From assembly GCA_964252035.1 (NCBI GenBank), contig OZ176208.1: 64,000 nt of DNA; one strand, given 5' to 3'. This stretch comes from Podarcis erhardii. Its lineage: Eukaryota. Positions within the stretch are counted from its first letter, which is position 1; every line of letters begins with the position of its first letter. The translations under genes were made by a program, and so were the position numbers. Positions 26,249 to 37,832 of this stretch are shown here, piece after piece. Under the pieces are notes generated by a model. That model was not told the origin of the DNA. It saw only the letters and a list, made by a program, of their open reading frames with translations, and made no database searches.

Positions 26249-26392
26249 TTCAAAATTCCAAATTAAACTTACGCTTTATGCTAACAGAACAAGATGAAGA
26301 GCAATTTTTTTTAGACCCAGAAAAAATAATTAGGATTGAGAGCCATTTATTTCTGGCACTAATTTAAGCAAATAGACAAAAACCACACATGC

Positions 26393-26543
26393 CTATTCCG
26401 CGGGAGTAGCATCCATGTTTTCCTGTTCCGGGGCAGGTTCGCCACCAGCCGACTCTTTTCCTTCTTTGCTCTTTTTTGATTTTTTGTGTTTGTGCCTCCT
26501 GTGGGTGTCTCCCTCTTCACTGTCATGGCGACGCCTGCTGTTA
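26393..26543 (-). CDS. FIP1L1: FIP1L1 last coding exon (18th traced), stop TAG
   Basis: cctcttag|T AAC AGC..; [50 protein letters not shown]. Confidence 0.97.
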
Positions 26544-27577
26544 CTAAGAGGGGACGAGAAAAAGAAATGAGACACAGAGGTATTAAATGGGAGCCTCAAG
26601 CACAGTGCGCCACCCTGAACGGAAGCTACTTCTTAAATAATTAGCTTGATGATGTCACGGGATTAAGTACATGTGATGGCATCACCATGTGACCCCTAAG
26701 CATGGGCAAATTAAAACCAGAAAAGGAGGGAAGAAAAAAACCTGTCAGTATTAGATTCCGCCATCTGCCAACATTTACTCTGGGCGGGTTGTCTGGCACC
26801 TATAGCAGCAATGAAAATCTTTGCCATCACATAATCAAAGTAATGTTATAGGGCTAGAGTTGGTTGGTCAAGGAGAACAGAGATTTTTAATGGGATTCTA
26901 CATAGAAAGTACTACATTTAAGAGGCAGCCTTAAAATAGGTTTGCAACAATGATCTGAAGAGTTGCTCGGTGACCAAGATCAACTTCTAGTAATCTAAGC
27001 CCGCCTTTTAGTTTCCTTTCTCACACAATAGAATAAATATAACTGCAGGCTTCGATTGGTGTCATTGGTACATCTAGGATCAATGCCTGAGATGGGCACT
27101 GTCTGGCAGCTTCCAGAACCTCAGGCTTGCAAATCCCCAACTAACTGCCCCCCCCCCCCAGGAGCATCAGCAGCGGACACTGCTGCTAGTAGTAGCTCGC
27201 CTTGGAAGGTTTGAGCCCACTGCCATTGGTGGAGGCAGCAATGCCACCTCTTCCCCGCTCTGCCCAAGTGACTCCCAATGTTCACGCTGCCCAAAGAGAA
27301 CACAGAGATTGCGGCTGCGGAGGCTTTCCTTTAACATCTATTCTAGGGCATCAACTAAAATATGCAATTGGTTGAGAAATCCTAATAATCCATCACCCAT
27401 GGCTGAAACTTATATCCTGGTCATATGACACAAGGGCTAATATCCTACTGGTATATTCTCAACCTCTGGCTATTTTTAAATGTCAGCAACTAAAAAGCAG
27501 CACATCAATAGCCAAGGTCTTCCCATGACACTTCAATCATCCCACAGCATTACTTCAAAGATTATTAAAGAGCTAAC

Positions 27578-27715
27578 CTTCGTGATGACTTGTGTCTTGT
27601 CTCTTCCTTTTCTCGATGTCTCCTTTCTCGGTGTCGTTCTTCTTTCTCTCTGCTTGTTCTATGCCGTTCATAGCCTCTATCTGCATATTCTCTGTACCTG
27701 TATCGCTCCTCATCA
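27578..27715 (-). CDS. FIP1L1: FIP1L1 exon, 138 nt, phase 2-2
   Basis: cttgctag|TGATGAG..CGAAG|gttagc; [46 protein letters not shown]. Confidence 0.97.
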
Positions 27716-28504
27716 CTAGCAAGAAAATAAAAACATTCAGCAGACAGACAAACAAATGCTAAAGGAGCATCAATAATCTTTGTCTCCTCCCATGCACAGA
27801 GAAAATACAGGTGGTTCATGTGATTTCTACATTCAGCAGAACACAATTTCCTACCAAAGGTATTGCCAAAATGGGAATTTGTAACCTAACACAGTGTGAA
27901 ACTACCATTGTACAGTCCTGACAATGGAAAATGTATTTTAAGGAATCAAAAATACCAACATTAGTAAAATCAGATTTCATTACGTACAAATAAATTGTTG
28001 TCTTGGATGACTGTACTGCTGAACAGTAGAAGAGACTGTCGGTCTGACAGTTAACTCTTAATAAAGGAGAAATATTCATGGCCCCTTTGAAAATCTCAGG
28101 ACACAGAGTACCAAATATATTGCTAAGCCGTTAGTATGCCATCAAAGAAATAAGGAATGTGATCTGTTTCTTCATATTGCAGTAAAGGTTTCCATCTGCT
28201 AAATTAAAAGAATGAAAGTTCCCCAAACAAAAAAATAAGTGGCTCACCACTTTACTCAGTTAAACTTGCAATTATAATTCAAAATATCGTGTTTAACATT
28301 GAGTGTTATCCAAATACATTTGTTGGTCGGTATACATCCAATCTTTGGGATCAACTACAAATGAAAAAGAATAAAGTTATGTCCTCCCGGGATGCCTGGG
28401 TACACATAGTGGCTGTTCAAGCTGTGCACACAAGACATTTTGGTTGAGCATGGAGGGAAAACTTCCTGATGGCAAGAGCAATTTGACAACAGACCCAATT
28501 AGCT

Positions 28505-28660
28505 AGAAAGGTACTAGTGGGCTCTTGCTCACTGGAGGTCTTCAAACTGAGACTGGACATCTCTATACGTTAGGTGTGTTTTGTTAGGGATGCTTTGCTG
28601 TGCATTTCCTGCATCAAGCAGGATGGAATGTTGACTAGACCCACAAGACCCTTTCCAACC
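28505..28660 (+). mobile_element. CR1 3' end remnant
   Basis: tcactggaggtcttcaaactgagactggac...gttgactagacccacaagaccctttccaacc. Confidence 0.6.
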
Positions 28661-29256
28661 ATGATGCTGAGCTAAAAGTAGCCACTGTGGTGAATTCAAC
28701 ATGTTGTTAAGACTTCCAAGTCCCATCAGCCCCAGCCAGCACGACCATGGGATGATCAATATCACCTGTAGTACACTACATTGAGAAGCTTGTATTTGTT
28801 AAAACAAGCAGCAATCTATCAAGCTGATATCCTTCACATCTTCCAACAATATCTGAAGTGACTACAGAGTTTGAAGTTACCCACAAATAATTATGTACTC
28901 ACACAGTGTTAAATTAAGGACCTGCACCTTGGCTATAACGGCACATTTCTCTGATTTGCTATTTATCTCATCTGATCTACAGCCAGGATTTAAAGAGCAC
29001 CTTGAAACTGACTCATTCTTTTTTAATCCCCTAAACTTTAAGGGGAGAGCTGTCTTGTGTATCATCTCAATCTGGGCAGCTGCTCTTCAAGAGGGACAAA
29101 GACTACTTTGACTTGTTCCACTGTTCTTTCAATACTGGCCTTTCCCTTCCATGCCAAGGAGGCTCTAGGCTACTATGATACATTATGTACGCATAACATT
29201 AAAGAGTTGGACATAAAGACTGAAGGATCGCACTGTATGCCATTAAAGTCCCCAAG

Positions 29257-29258
<2 letters not shown>

Positions 29259-29306
<48 letters not shown>
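29259..29306. repeat. (AT)24 microsatellite
   Basis: Seen directly. Confidence 0.97.
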
Positions 29307-29308
<2 letters not shown>

Positions 29309-29718
29309 TCTGCGTTTTCCATTGCACAAATGGCTCCCACATGGATGCATTATTATAAACCACTTTGGGGGTTTTAAAATGAAATTGTGATATACAAGTA
29401 TTTTTTATAAATAAATAAGGTCCTAGGGCGGGTTACAGCAATTTAAAAATACAGTCTAATATCACTTTAAAACAAATGACAGGCAAAAGAATACTGAGGT
29501 ACTAAAAATATCTCTCAGTTGTCAAGGGTCACGGTAAATAGACTCTTTTTGGGTGGGATGAACTCCAGTTAATTATAACAACAGGGGTCCAACATTTATT
29601 TTCCGAAGGAAGCCATTTCCAAAGACCCTGTAAGGTTAGTGCCTAAAAAAAGAAATTGTGTACCACATACTGCTCAGTATGAAATGGACATCTTGTTTAG
29701 TTTGAATTGAAAACTAAT

Positions 29719-29858
29719 TTCATAGAATTGTAAAAGTTGGAAGCGACTCTGAGGATCATCTAGTCCAACCCTATGCAGGAGTAGGCAGCTGTCCCACATG
29801 GGGACTGAACTTGCAATGTTGGCATTATCAGTACCATGCTCTAACCAACTGAGCTATC
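29719..29858 (-). mobile_element. Short SINE with a tRNA-derived head and a CR1-derived tail
   Basis: On -: GATAGCTCAGTTGGTTAGAGCATGG (A box), then GGTTGGACTAGATGATCCTC..TTCCAAC..ATTCTATG (CR1 tail). Confidence 0.8.
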
Positions 29859-31439
29859 GATTCCATAATTTAATTGCAATGTGTTTGGGGGTGGGGTTAC
29901 AAAAGGCACAGTAAAGGTGAATTCCCCAGACTCCTTTCAGACATGCCACCATTTCTAGTGTGAGACTAGAGATGTGAAGAACAGATGCTACATTTCATGG
30001 CTTGTGGAAGCTAATTTTTAAGTTTCTCTACAAGACCAAAAGCTATACTGGTACACCAATGTCAGGGTATCCACTTATAAATGGTAAAAAGTCTGTGTGC
30101 ATTCCACCACCCCCTTTCTTTATTCATTTGTCACAATGTTTTCGTAAGCCGCTGAATAATTGTTAAAAACAGGACTATTAAACAATGAAGCAAAATTTGT
30201 TCAAGGGTGTCATAACTACATGATCTGTCGTTCTCAAGCCTCCCACTTTCCCTGTTACTCCCCTAATCAAGTTTTTACTAGACGAAGGCCCCCCTGCTTT
30301 CTCACATCACCATGTGGCAGCAGCTTTACTGCAGATGTTGGATAATTTAGTCACATAAAAAACCCCACTCCTCTCCCCCACCCCTTCCCTGACTGATAAG
30401 TCTGGCAGCAACACAGAGACTTCTCTGGGCCTGGAAAACATTAAGGCTCATTTCAAGCACCCTTGAATGACCAGGCTTTTTCTGGCCTTCAATCAAGCTG
30501 CCTAAGAAACAGATGTTAAATTGATCTTAACGTCTAACACACTGACCCAGTAATTTGTAACACAAAACACACACAAAATATCACCCTCACCACACACACA
30601 CGTCTTATATGAACAAAACATCATCATCTTCATCTTATACTTCCAAGTCAATTATTTAACAATCATAGCAATTTTTATAGTCCCGTGTTAACGAAGATCA
30701 TGCAAACTTGTTTTGCTGACCTACAAGAGAAAACTGTAACAATGGTTTTTAAAACCCAATTTAATACCCAATGCATAAAACATTTTGAAGTGGAAGACAG
30801 AACAAAAAATGATTAGAAATAGTATCAGGATACTGCCATGTGAAAATGGTATTCAACAATCACCGGACAGAGGAAATGTGAGGCTTAACTGCTGCATAAA
30901 CAAAAGGGGCTGAAGTTTATGTAATACTGCAGCCACTGTATTGTAGCCCTGGTATTGCTTAACAGGATGAATGGCATAGTTGAAACTGCTAGCAAACAGT
31001 ACTTTATTCCTCCTCAGGTATTCAGAGCTCTCATCCCAGAACAACTGAACTCACAAAACAGTACAAATTGAAAGTTTTAGACTGGAATCAGTTACTGCCG
31101 GAACTTCAGCTGTAAAATGATGGTTAGGGGACTGAAACCCATTAGGCCCTTCTATTTTTAATGTTCTGAATGCTTAGAGCCGATTCCTTCCCAGGAATTA
31201 ACAACAAAAATCATCAGCTCAGCACAATTTGCCTGCAAAGCATTTGTTATGTACCACTTATTGTCATACTTCTGGTTTGCATCTGAAATTGCTGGCTACG
31301 GTTCCAACGACAAACAAAATGTGAGCCCCACCCCTTGTTCCCTGAGAATACACAGCTGCATGCTGACTTCAAGTATGTCTCTAGTACAGACACAAAACTC
31401 CCACCATCGAGCAGCATTAGATGTAACCCTCAAACTCAC

Positions 31440-31653
31440 CTATTGAACACACTAGGAGTCGGGCTATGCTCCCGCTCTCGTTCTCTTTCTCGGGTCCGCT
31501 CTCGCTCCCTGTCACGGTCACGGTCCCTCTCTCGATCTCTGTCTCGCTCCCTCTCCCTCTCTTTATCTCTTCTTGAGTAATAATCCCACTGTTTGGTTGT
31601 GTCCATGAGACTAGTCCACGATGGAGCAGAACCTGTGAGGTGCGGAAAGGTGA
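31440..31653 (-). CDS. FIP1L1: FIP1L1 exon encoding the RE/RD dipeptide domain, 214 nt, phase 1-2
   Basis: tctttag|TCACC..AATAG|gtgagt; [40 protein letters not shown]...HSPTPSVFN. Confidence 0.97.
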
Positions 31654-33739
31654 CTAAAGAAGAAAAAAAAATAATGCCAGCGTTAGAAAGAAAAAGAGTT
31701 GACAACAGTGGAAAAGTGTGATATGAAATCAATGGCATCCAATCTTATATGCTTAGCTGAAGCCTAGAAGGCAGGTTCAGTGACTCTTGGTCTGTTATTT
31801 GCATGCTACTTTACCACATGTAACAATTAACTGTCAGGTTAATTTCATACCAGTCTGTTTGTTGGATAACTGCTGTGTATCAATTCTTGCTTACTTTTCT
31901 TAGTAGCAAACACTATTCACAGCAGTAAACACAAAGTCATATACAGTTAAGGATTGCTCCCTGGTAGTGTTTTAATGGTATTTTATTTAAAACACAAGTT
32001 TTCGTATTATTTTGTGATCACAGCTGATCTTTCTTTAAAAGTGCTTATTACTTTAAAGTGTTGCTTTTTTAAATACTATGGTTCTGAAACTGAAATTCTA
32101 AGAGGTGCAGAAAAAGGAAAGGCTGAAAGATTACTAGGCACTGAGCATTTTAAGGCAAAGAAACATGCAAAAACACCAGTGAGGAGTGTTTTAGTCACTG
32201 GGGAACTGTGTGGAAATGCATAACCTACTTAGATAAAAAGCTAATTTGAGGTGGACACTAAAAAAGAAAAAGGGCTTTTGTTGTTGTCAGAAAATGAAAC
32301 CGCTATCAGTTGAAGGCTTCTGGTAAGGTGTGTGTTACTCAAACGAGGGGGATTTATTGAAAAAGAAAAGGGATCTGGCACCTCAGCGTGCCTTCCAATT
32401 ACAGAAACATTTCTAGTGATGGTGAAGCTCCAGAGTATGCACAAGGGGGCTTGCACTCCTGACATTCTTTTTGCATTCACACAGGCCTTACTAGATCTCG
32501 GCCATTGCTCTGCATTTCCATTCATCGCTGGCTATTTAGCAGAAGTACTGTGTGGCTCAGAAGTTACTTACAGTGCTAACATCTTCAACACACTTCCGTC
32601 ATGTTTTTACACTTTAACCATGGTTCCATGCTTTAGCATGGGAGTCAGCCAATGATCTTACTTCCAAAGAGTAGCATGGTCCCGAGGCATCCAGGCCACA
32701 CGAAATGGTGGCTTCTCTCCCCTTGGCCAGTTCCCTGCTCCAGCAACCTCACCCTCCTCAAGCTCAGGGTGCTTAGGATGCAAATATTAGGCTGCCATCT
32801 TCAAACTACTAATTCTAGCATAGCCCCAGCAACATCCCTCCCATTCCTCCCCACTAACGTTAAGAGGGTTAGGGAGACAATAACTAAGCCCCTGCTTAGT
32901 TAGGAAATAGAGCAAAGTGCCTGCTTGCCTCTCCTCTCGGGAACAGGAATGCCTGAACATCAGGAATTCATAACTCTCAGACTCCTTTCCTCACACCAGT
33001 TAATTGGGAGTGCAGCCTCACTCATTAATACATTATTAGTCTTTGCTGTTGCTGAATGGTGGTGATGCCGATGCATAAATCTTTCAAGTGCTCCATCTAA
33101 TGACTCTCAGGAGGAGTGCTGCAGAGGTTAACAACTGCTGAACTTAGGGGTGGGAAACAAGAGTAGGATTCTGAAGTGAATTGTATTCAAGGGCTCCATT
33201 TGTAGCATGCAAAGGTGCAGGGGAAGGTGGATATAAAAATTCTCGAAGTAAATGGAACAGAGGAAAATGGTGGAAGAAAAAGAATTACGGAAATACAATT
33301 TCCAGCATCATCGCCTATAATCTACAGCAGAACAATTTCTATTTTTGTAATTTTCTTGCACTGCAGAAATGTTATTTTTGATCACAGGAAGGAAAAACAT
33401 TTTATGATTTGCTTTTGTTTTTAATTTGGGGGGTGGTGGAAGAGAAGAAAGAAGACAACTAGAATTTCAAGAAATAGCTGGACTTTACAGCGAATTCCCC
33501 CAATTTCCAATACTGTCATGGATGTAGCATTCATCAACCACACCTTTTCTGTATGAGACAAGGGTTAAGATCTACCTTTGAGAGAGGAATCTGCAGTTTC
33601 TTTTCTCTTTTTCTGCTTTTATTTAGGTTAGTTTTTTTATTGTATTGTACGATGATAAAGCCTTAATAAAATCTTATTAAAAAACTGGCATCAATCAATA
33701 GAAGTGTGGTGCAGATCTTAGTCCTAAATCTCATTAAAT

Positions 33740-34078
33740 CTGACTCATCAACCATTTAAAAACTAATTACACTTGGCAAAGCCAACAGCAATATAAAGAG
33801 ATCAAAACGATGAACTTTTTGTAGAAGAATGGAGACCTTTTTGGACTATTTGGAAAACAAATGAAATCACGGGCAAGATTCAAGACAGGAGTAGCAGAAG
33901 AAAAGAAAATGACAAAGTTATTGTATTAGAGGGATACTGGTAACAGATAATAATTTGATATATAGAGAGAATAAAAACACTGTGGAGGTGTGGGTGGGGA
34001 GTCAATACATGAAATAATGTAGCTATTTATTCTGAAGTAAATTTACAAAAAAATGGAAATTCAATAAAAAAATATACT
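33740..34078 (+). mobile_element. L1 LINE 3' end, antisense to FIP1L1
   Basis: Decayed ORF2 C-terminus HLAKPTAI*RDQNDELFVEEWRPF/LDYL, then a UTR ending in aataaaaaaa. Confidence 0.65.
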
Positions 34079-34466
34079 GGGGGAAAAATAATTGCACTTG
34101 GTTCAGTTCTGCGAGACATACAAAAATATAGTCAAGGAAGAAAGAATATAAACTATTTTTTAAAGAAACTAAAAAAAAATATATAGAGTAGAGGCTTTCA
34201 GTGCTCTGAAGTACCTGAAACTTGTGTAACTTCTTAGGCTTTATGACTTCTTCTATTTTTAACTGAAGTTCCTTTCTGTTTCTTGCAAGAAGAGATACTA
34301 GATGAGATAAATGCAGGATTTTGGGGCTAGTGTGCCAAGCCACAGTATGAGAAGGGGGTGGTGAGGAAACCAGGCAGCAACAGAGGGACAAACAGAAATG
34401 CAATACTGATTCTACTATCTACGTCACAGACAGGTCAACATGAGGAATAATGGTTAGGATATCAGA

Positions 34467-34768
34467 CAGAGGTGCTGACTTCTGCCAAACATTGGGGGGG
34501 GGGGTCCCCGCTGCCTGAGCATGCGACACGCACGTGTGACATCACGCATGCCGCACACTGCAGTGAGCCCCTGCGAGACCCGCTGCCGCTGCAAGTTCCT
34601 GTGAGGCCCACTTCTGCCACGAGGCCTGGCACAGTGAGGACTTCCGCCATAGCTGCGAGACCCGCTGCCACAAGGCCCAACCTCTCAAGATTGGAAGGGG
34701 GCTCAACCCTATCCCAACAGACTTGGGGGGGTTGAAGACATCTCAGCCCTATGGAGTTGGCACCTATG
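34467..34768. mobile_element. GC-rich hAT MITE inserted in a MIR/CORE-like SINE
   Basis: TIR cagaggtgctgactt / gagttggcacctatg; 8-bp TSD atatcaga/atgtcaga at 34459-34466 and 34769-34776; the host SINE resumes ctaggacctgggagacc. Confidence 0.75.
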
Positions 34769-35140
34769 ATGTCAGACTAGGACCTGGGAGACCAGATGCA
34801 AATCCTCACTTGGCCATGGAGTTGGTGACCTAGTCACTGTCTCTTGGCCTAATCTATTTCACAGGGTTGTTATGGGGATTAAACAAGCAGAAGGAGAACC
34901 GTGTAGGCAACTTTCAGCTCCAACAAATCTATTCAGTTTAAGACTCACATGTAAGAAGGCTACAAACACATTATCACTGAGTTCTTGCCTGTGGTCATTT
35001 GCCAAGAGAAAACATGTTTGATGAATCCTAGTTGGTCCTTTATAGCTTACAGAACTAATCGTCAAAAACATCAAAGGGCTGCCAGAAGTGTATATGAAAA
35101 AAGGTAGATGAGCAAAGGCAGGATGAAATTCTATACTCTT

Positions 35141-35210
35141 ACCTGTGAGGATGCCCTACTGAACTCAGTGGGGCTTACTTCTGTGTAGACATGAATAGGA
35201 CTGTGCTGCA
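35141..35210. repeat. Short palindromic squamate interspersed repeat (cttac..gtaag core); related copies near 60731-60794 and 62376-62463
   Basis: actgaactcagtggggcttacttctgtgtagacatgaataggactgtg; family recognised from memory, class uncertain. Confidence 0.55.
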
Positions 35211-36596
35211 GGAAGAGCAGTATTCTCACAGATCAGGCCCAAGAACTAAACTTCCTTCCCTTTCTCATCTAAATCTGCAGCATCTCTGTGAGAATTAAAG
35301 ATGGTATTCCCATCTAAACTAAAATACGCAGAATGAAATATGGAATAAAGTGCTTCCAGTATTAGTTGTACTTTGGGGATTCTTACATATTCCATGCCAA
35401 AAAAGTGATAGTGTTGTTTACAATGTATAATTCTGATAATTTTGAAGTGCCCCTCTTTGTACCTAGTTCCCAAAAGAGCATAATGTGGAAGACAGTTTCA
35501 CATCCATGCTGTTTCAAACACCATCCTACCCATGCAAAACTTGTGGTCAACACATCTGAATCAGTGCTCAGAATGTGATATCTGATGCCAGTTTTAAGAT
35601 CTGTTATGTTTTCTTCATGAGTGCTTGGGGATAATTTCTGTAGATGTCCTATTCTGAAGCGACACATTCTCCCAGTCAGCTTCCTCCAAAAGCACTTGCA
35701 CAGAAAAGAAACGCAGCCCTTATGTGTGCTTCACATTACACCTAAGAATTCATAATATATGTTGTTTGAGGATAGAGGCACCAAGTGTGAGACCTCCTCC
35801 GAAATATGGAAGACAGAGAAGGCAGTTTCAATACTTTCACATGAGCACAGATTAATAAAGGCATCTGCTTTCCATTAAAGAAGTCATTCTGAGCATCATC
35901 TGTTTTTTGTTACCTGAAGCAAAATTCTGGTTTGTTCATTCATACCCACACACTCCTCCCATTTTACTGGAGCTTCATTCTTGCTTCTTGGTCACTACAA
36001 ATTCACTGTACTTTTAATCTGACCCATGAAGATGCGGGAGAAAGAGAGGGAGAGGGAGAGAGACCGGGCACTACTTCTATAACTTAACAGTAAACAAATC
36101 TCTAATTAATACTGCTATCAAAACCCGCACTTAAGCCAAATGTCTGCACATTGAACATTATTGCCTGTCAATTTCTAAAAGGAAAATAAACAGAAGGTTG
36201 AAAAATGTTTGGTGAAATATTTTTCTTCTTCTTTGTAATAACTACAAAGAGTAAATACCTGACTAAAAAACAAGGGAGAGGAACCAAACACAGCAGATGG
36301 CATTTGTTTATGTGTGCAAAGGAGAATATATGTCATACACCATGCTTACCAGCTTCACACGCTTACCAGAAACTGAGCACTATTTTCCCCAAAGAATTAA
36401 AAACTATTATATGAGAAGCTTGTTTGCATCAATGCATCCTGAATGAGAGGAAGAGGTTACATATAAAAATAAAGGTTAGAAGCGTCTCAAAGAGTAGCTG
36501 TGCACCAAGCTGCTAACCTGCTAACTCAACATAGGTTGAACTTAAAAGTCTAGCCACCTGGAAAGCCCATTTTCAAGCAGTTTTGAAGACACTTAC

Positions 36597-36652
36597 CACC
36601 GCCATATGGAAATGCCCGAGCTGAGCGGCTATCATAGCCAGAGGAATGTCCA
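36597..36652 (-). CDS. FIP1L1: FIP1L1 exon, 56 nt, phase 2-1
   Basis: ttcaacag|TGGAC..GGTG|gtaagt; SGHSSGYDSRSARAFPYGG. Confidence 0.96.
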
Positions 36653-36752
36653 CTGTTGAAAGAGAAGCACACAATAAATTCATCTTACCATTTAAAATAG
36701 CAAGTTCTGGTTGCTGAAGCTGATAGGGTATGATACTTGTCATACCAGGGAT

Positions 36753-36812
36753 GTAATCATTCATGTGATACTTTAAAAGTCAGTAATCATTCATGTGATA
36801 CTTTAAAAGTCA
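36753..36812. repeat. Perfect 30-bp tandem duplication
   Basis: gtaatcattcatgtgatactttaaaagtca x2. Confidence 0.97.
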
Positions 36813-36842
36813 CTGTTGTCAGTGAAGTCATTTTTAACATTA

Positions 36843-37082
36843 CAGTGGTACCTCTGGTTACGTACTTAATTCGTTCCGGAGGTCCGTTCTTAACCTGAAA
36901 CCATTCTTAACCTGAAGCGTGCTTTCACTAATGGGGCCTCCCGCTGCTGCCGCACCGCCGGCGCGTGACTTCCGTTCTCATCCTGGGGCAAAGTTCTCAA
37001 CCCGAGGTACTACTTCCAGGTTAGCGGAGTCTATAACCCAAAGTGTTGTAACCGGAAGCGTTTGTAACCCGAGGTACCACTG
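36843..37082. mobile_element. Tc1/mariner (Tigger-like) MITE
   Basis: TA|cagtggtacctc...gaggtaccactg|TA. Confidence 0.9.
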
Positions 37083-37139
37083 TATCCGATTTGTTACCTT
37101 TGATCCTAAACCTCCACTATCTTGCTGGATGTCTTTGGC

Positions 37140-37472
37140 AGAAGAAAAGGCTGAGGGGTAAGCCCTACACAAATCCGGAGTGGCGATGTCTGGATGGCAC
37201 CTTGTACGCCTCCTTCCACCAACACCTGCAGCCAAGCTGGTGCCAAATGTACTGCTCTGCTTTCCTTTGGACTGCATGAGTGAGGCCAAGAGAGGGGTCC
37301 TGTCTGGGCAGCCCAGGACCTCCATTCACACTGCCCAGGCTTCCACCACAGGGACGTCATTTCAGTGCTGCTAATGCAGTGGTATGACTGGAGCTAACGC
37401 AGTGGTATGACTGGTGCTAATGCAGTGGTATGACTGGTATCTACTGTCTCTTGAGAGAGACAGGTGCCAACA
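37140..37472 (+). mobile_element. RTE-like retroposon 3' portion containing a 23-bp x3 minisatellite (37370-37438)
   Basis: Ends gagagacaggtgccaacaa; the same terminus appears on - at about 13795-13850 with a (CCAA)n tail; family assignment tentative. Confidence 0.45.
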
Positions 37473-37744
37473 ATATGCTGGTCTTTGACACTTGATATAT
37501 ATTTTTCGACCCACCGTATTTTTGTGAGTGGAAATTATTTTTTATGTTGTATTTTAAAGTACTATAACCCACCCTGATTCTTCAGGGTAAAGGTTGGGTA
37601 ATAAAATCATCACCATCATGTCATATCTGCCAAAGTAATTTGGAGTGACTGTAGCTTTTGCCTCTCGCTCTACACATATTGTGCTTTCAGCTCTGGTGCG
37701 ATGACAGAAGACAATCTGGCCAACTGGACCAACCCTGCATGCCC

Positions 37745-37832
37745 CATATTAGACATAAGATTTCTGCATTGCAGGTGGTTGGACTACATGATCCTCGTGG
37801 TCCCTTCCAACTCTACAATTCTATGATTCTAT
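37745..37832 (+). mobile_element. CR1-type 3' tail (LINE or CR1-tailed SINE)
   Basis: ggttggactacatgatcctcgtggtcccttccaactctacaattctatgattctatg. Confidence 0.75.

Noticed and set aside
29719-29858. tRNA gene
   Set aside because: Only the 5' half is tRNA-like; the B box is decayed and a CR1 tail follows, so it is a SINE
32658-32786. Minus-strand intronic frame containing ELEEGEV, resembling the ARS2-binding EEGEI-type motif
   Set aside because: Preceded by an in-frame TAA; the only usable acceptor is phase 0 while the intron is phase 1, so it cannot join FIP1L1 in frame
37370-37438. 23-bp direct repeats as a CRISPR-like array
   Set aside because: No spacers, eukaryotic intron, inside a retroposon
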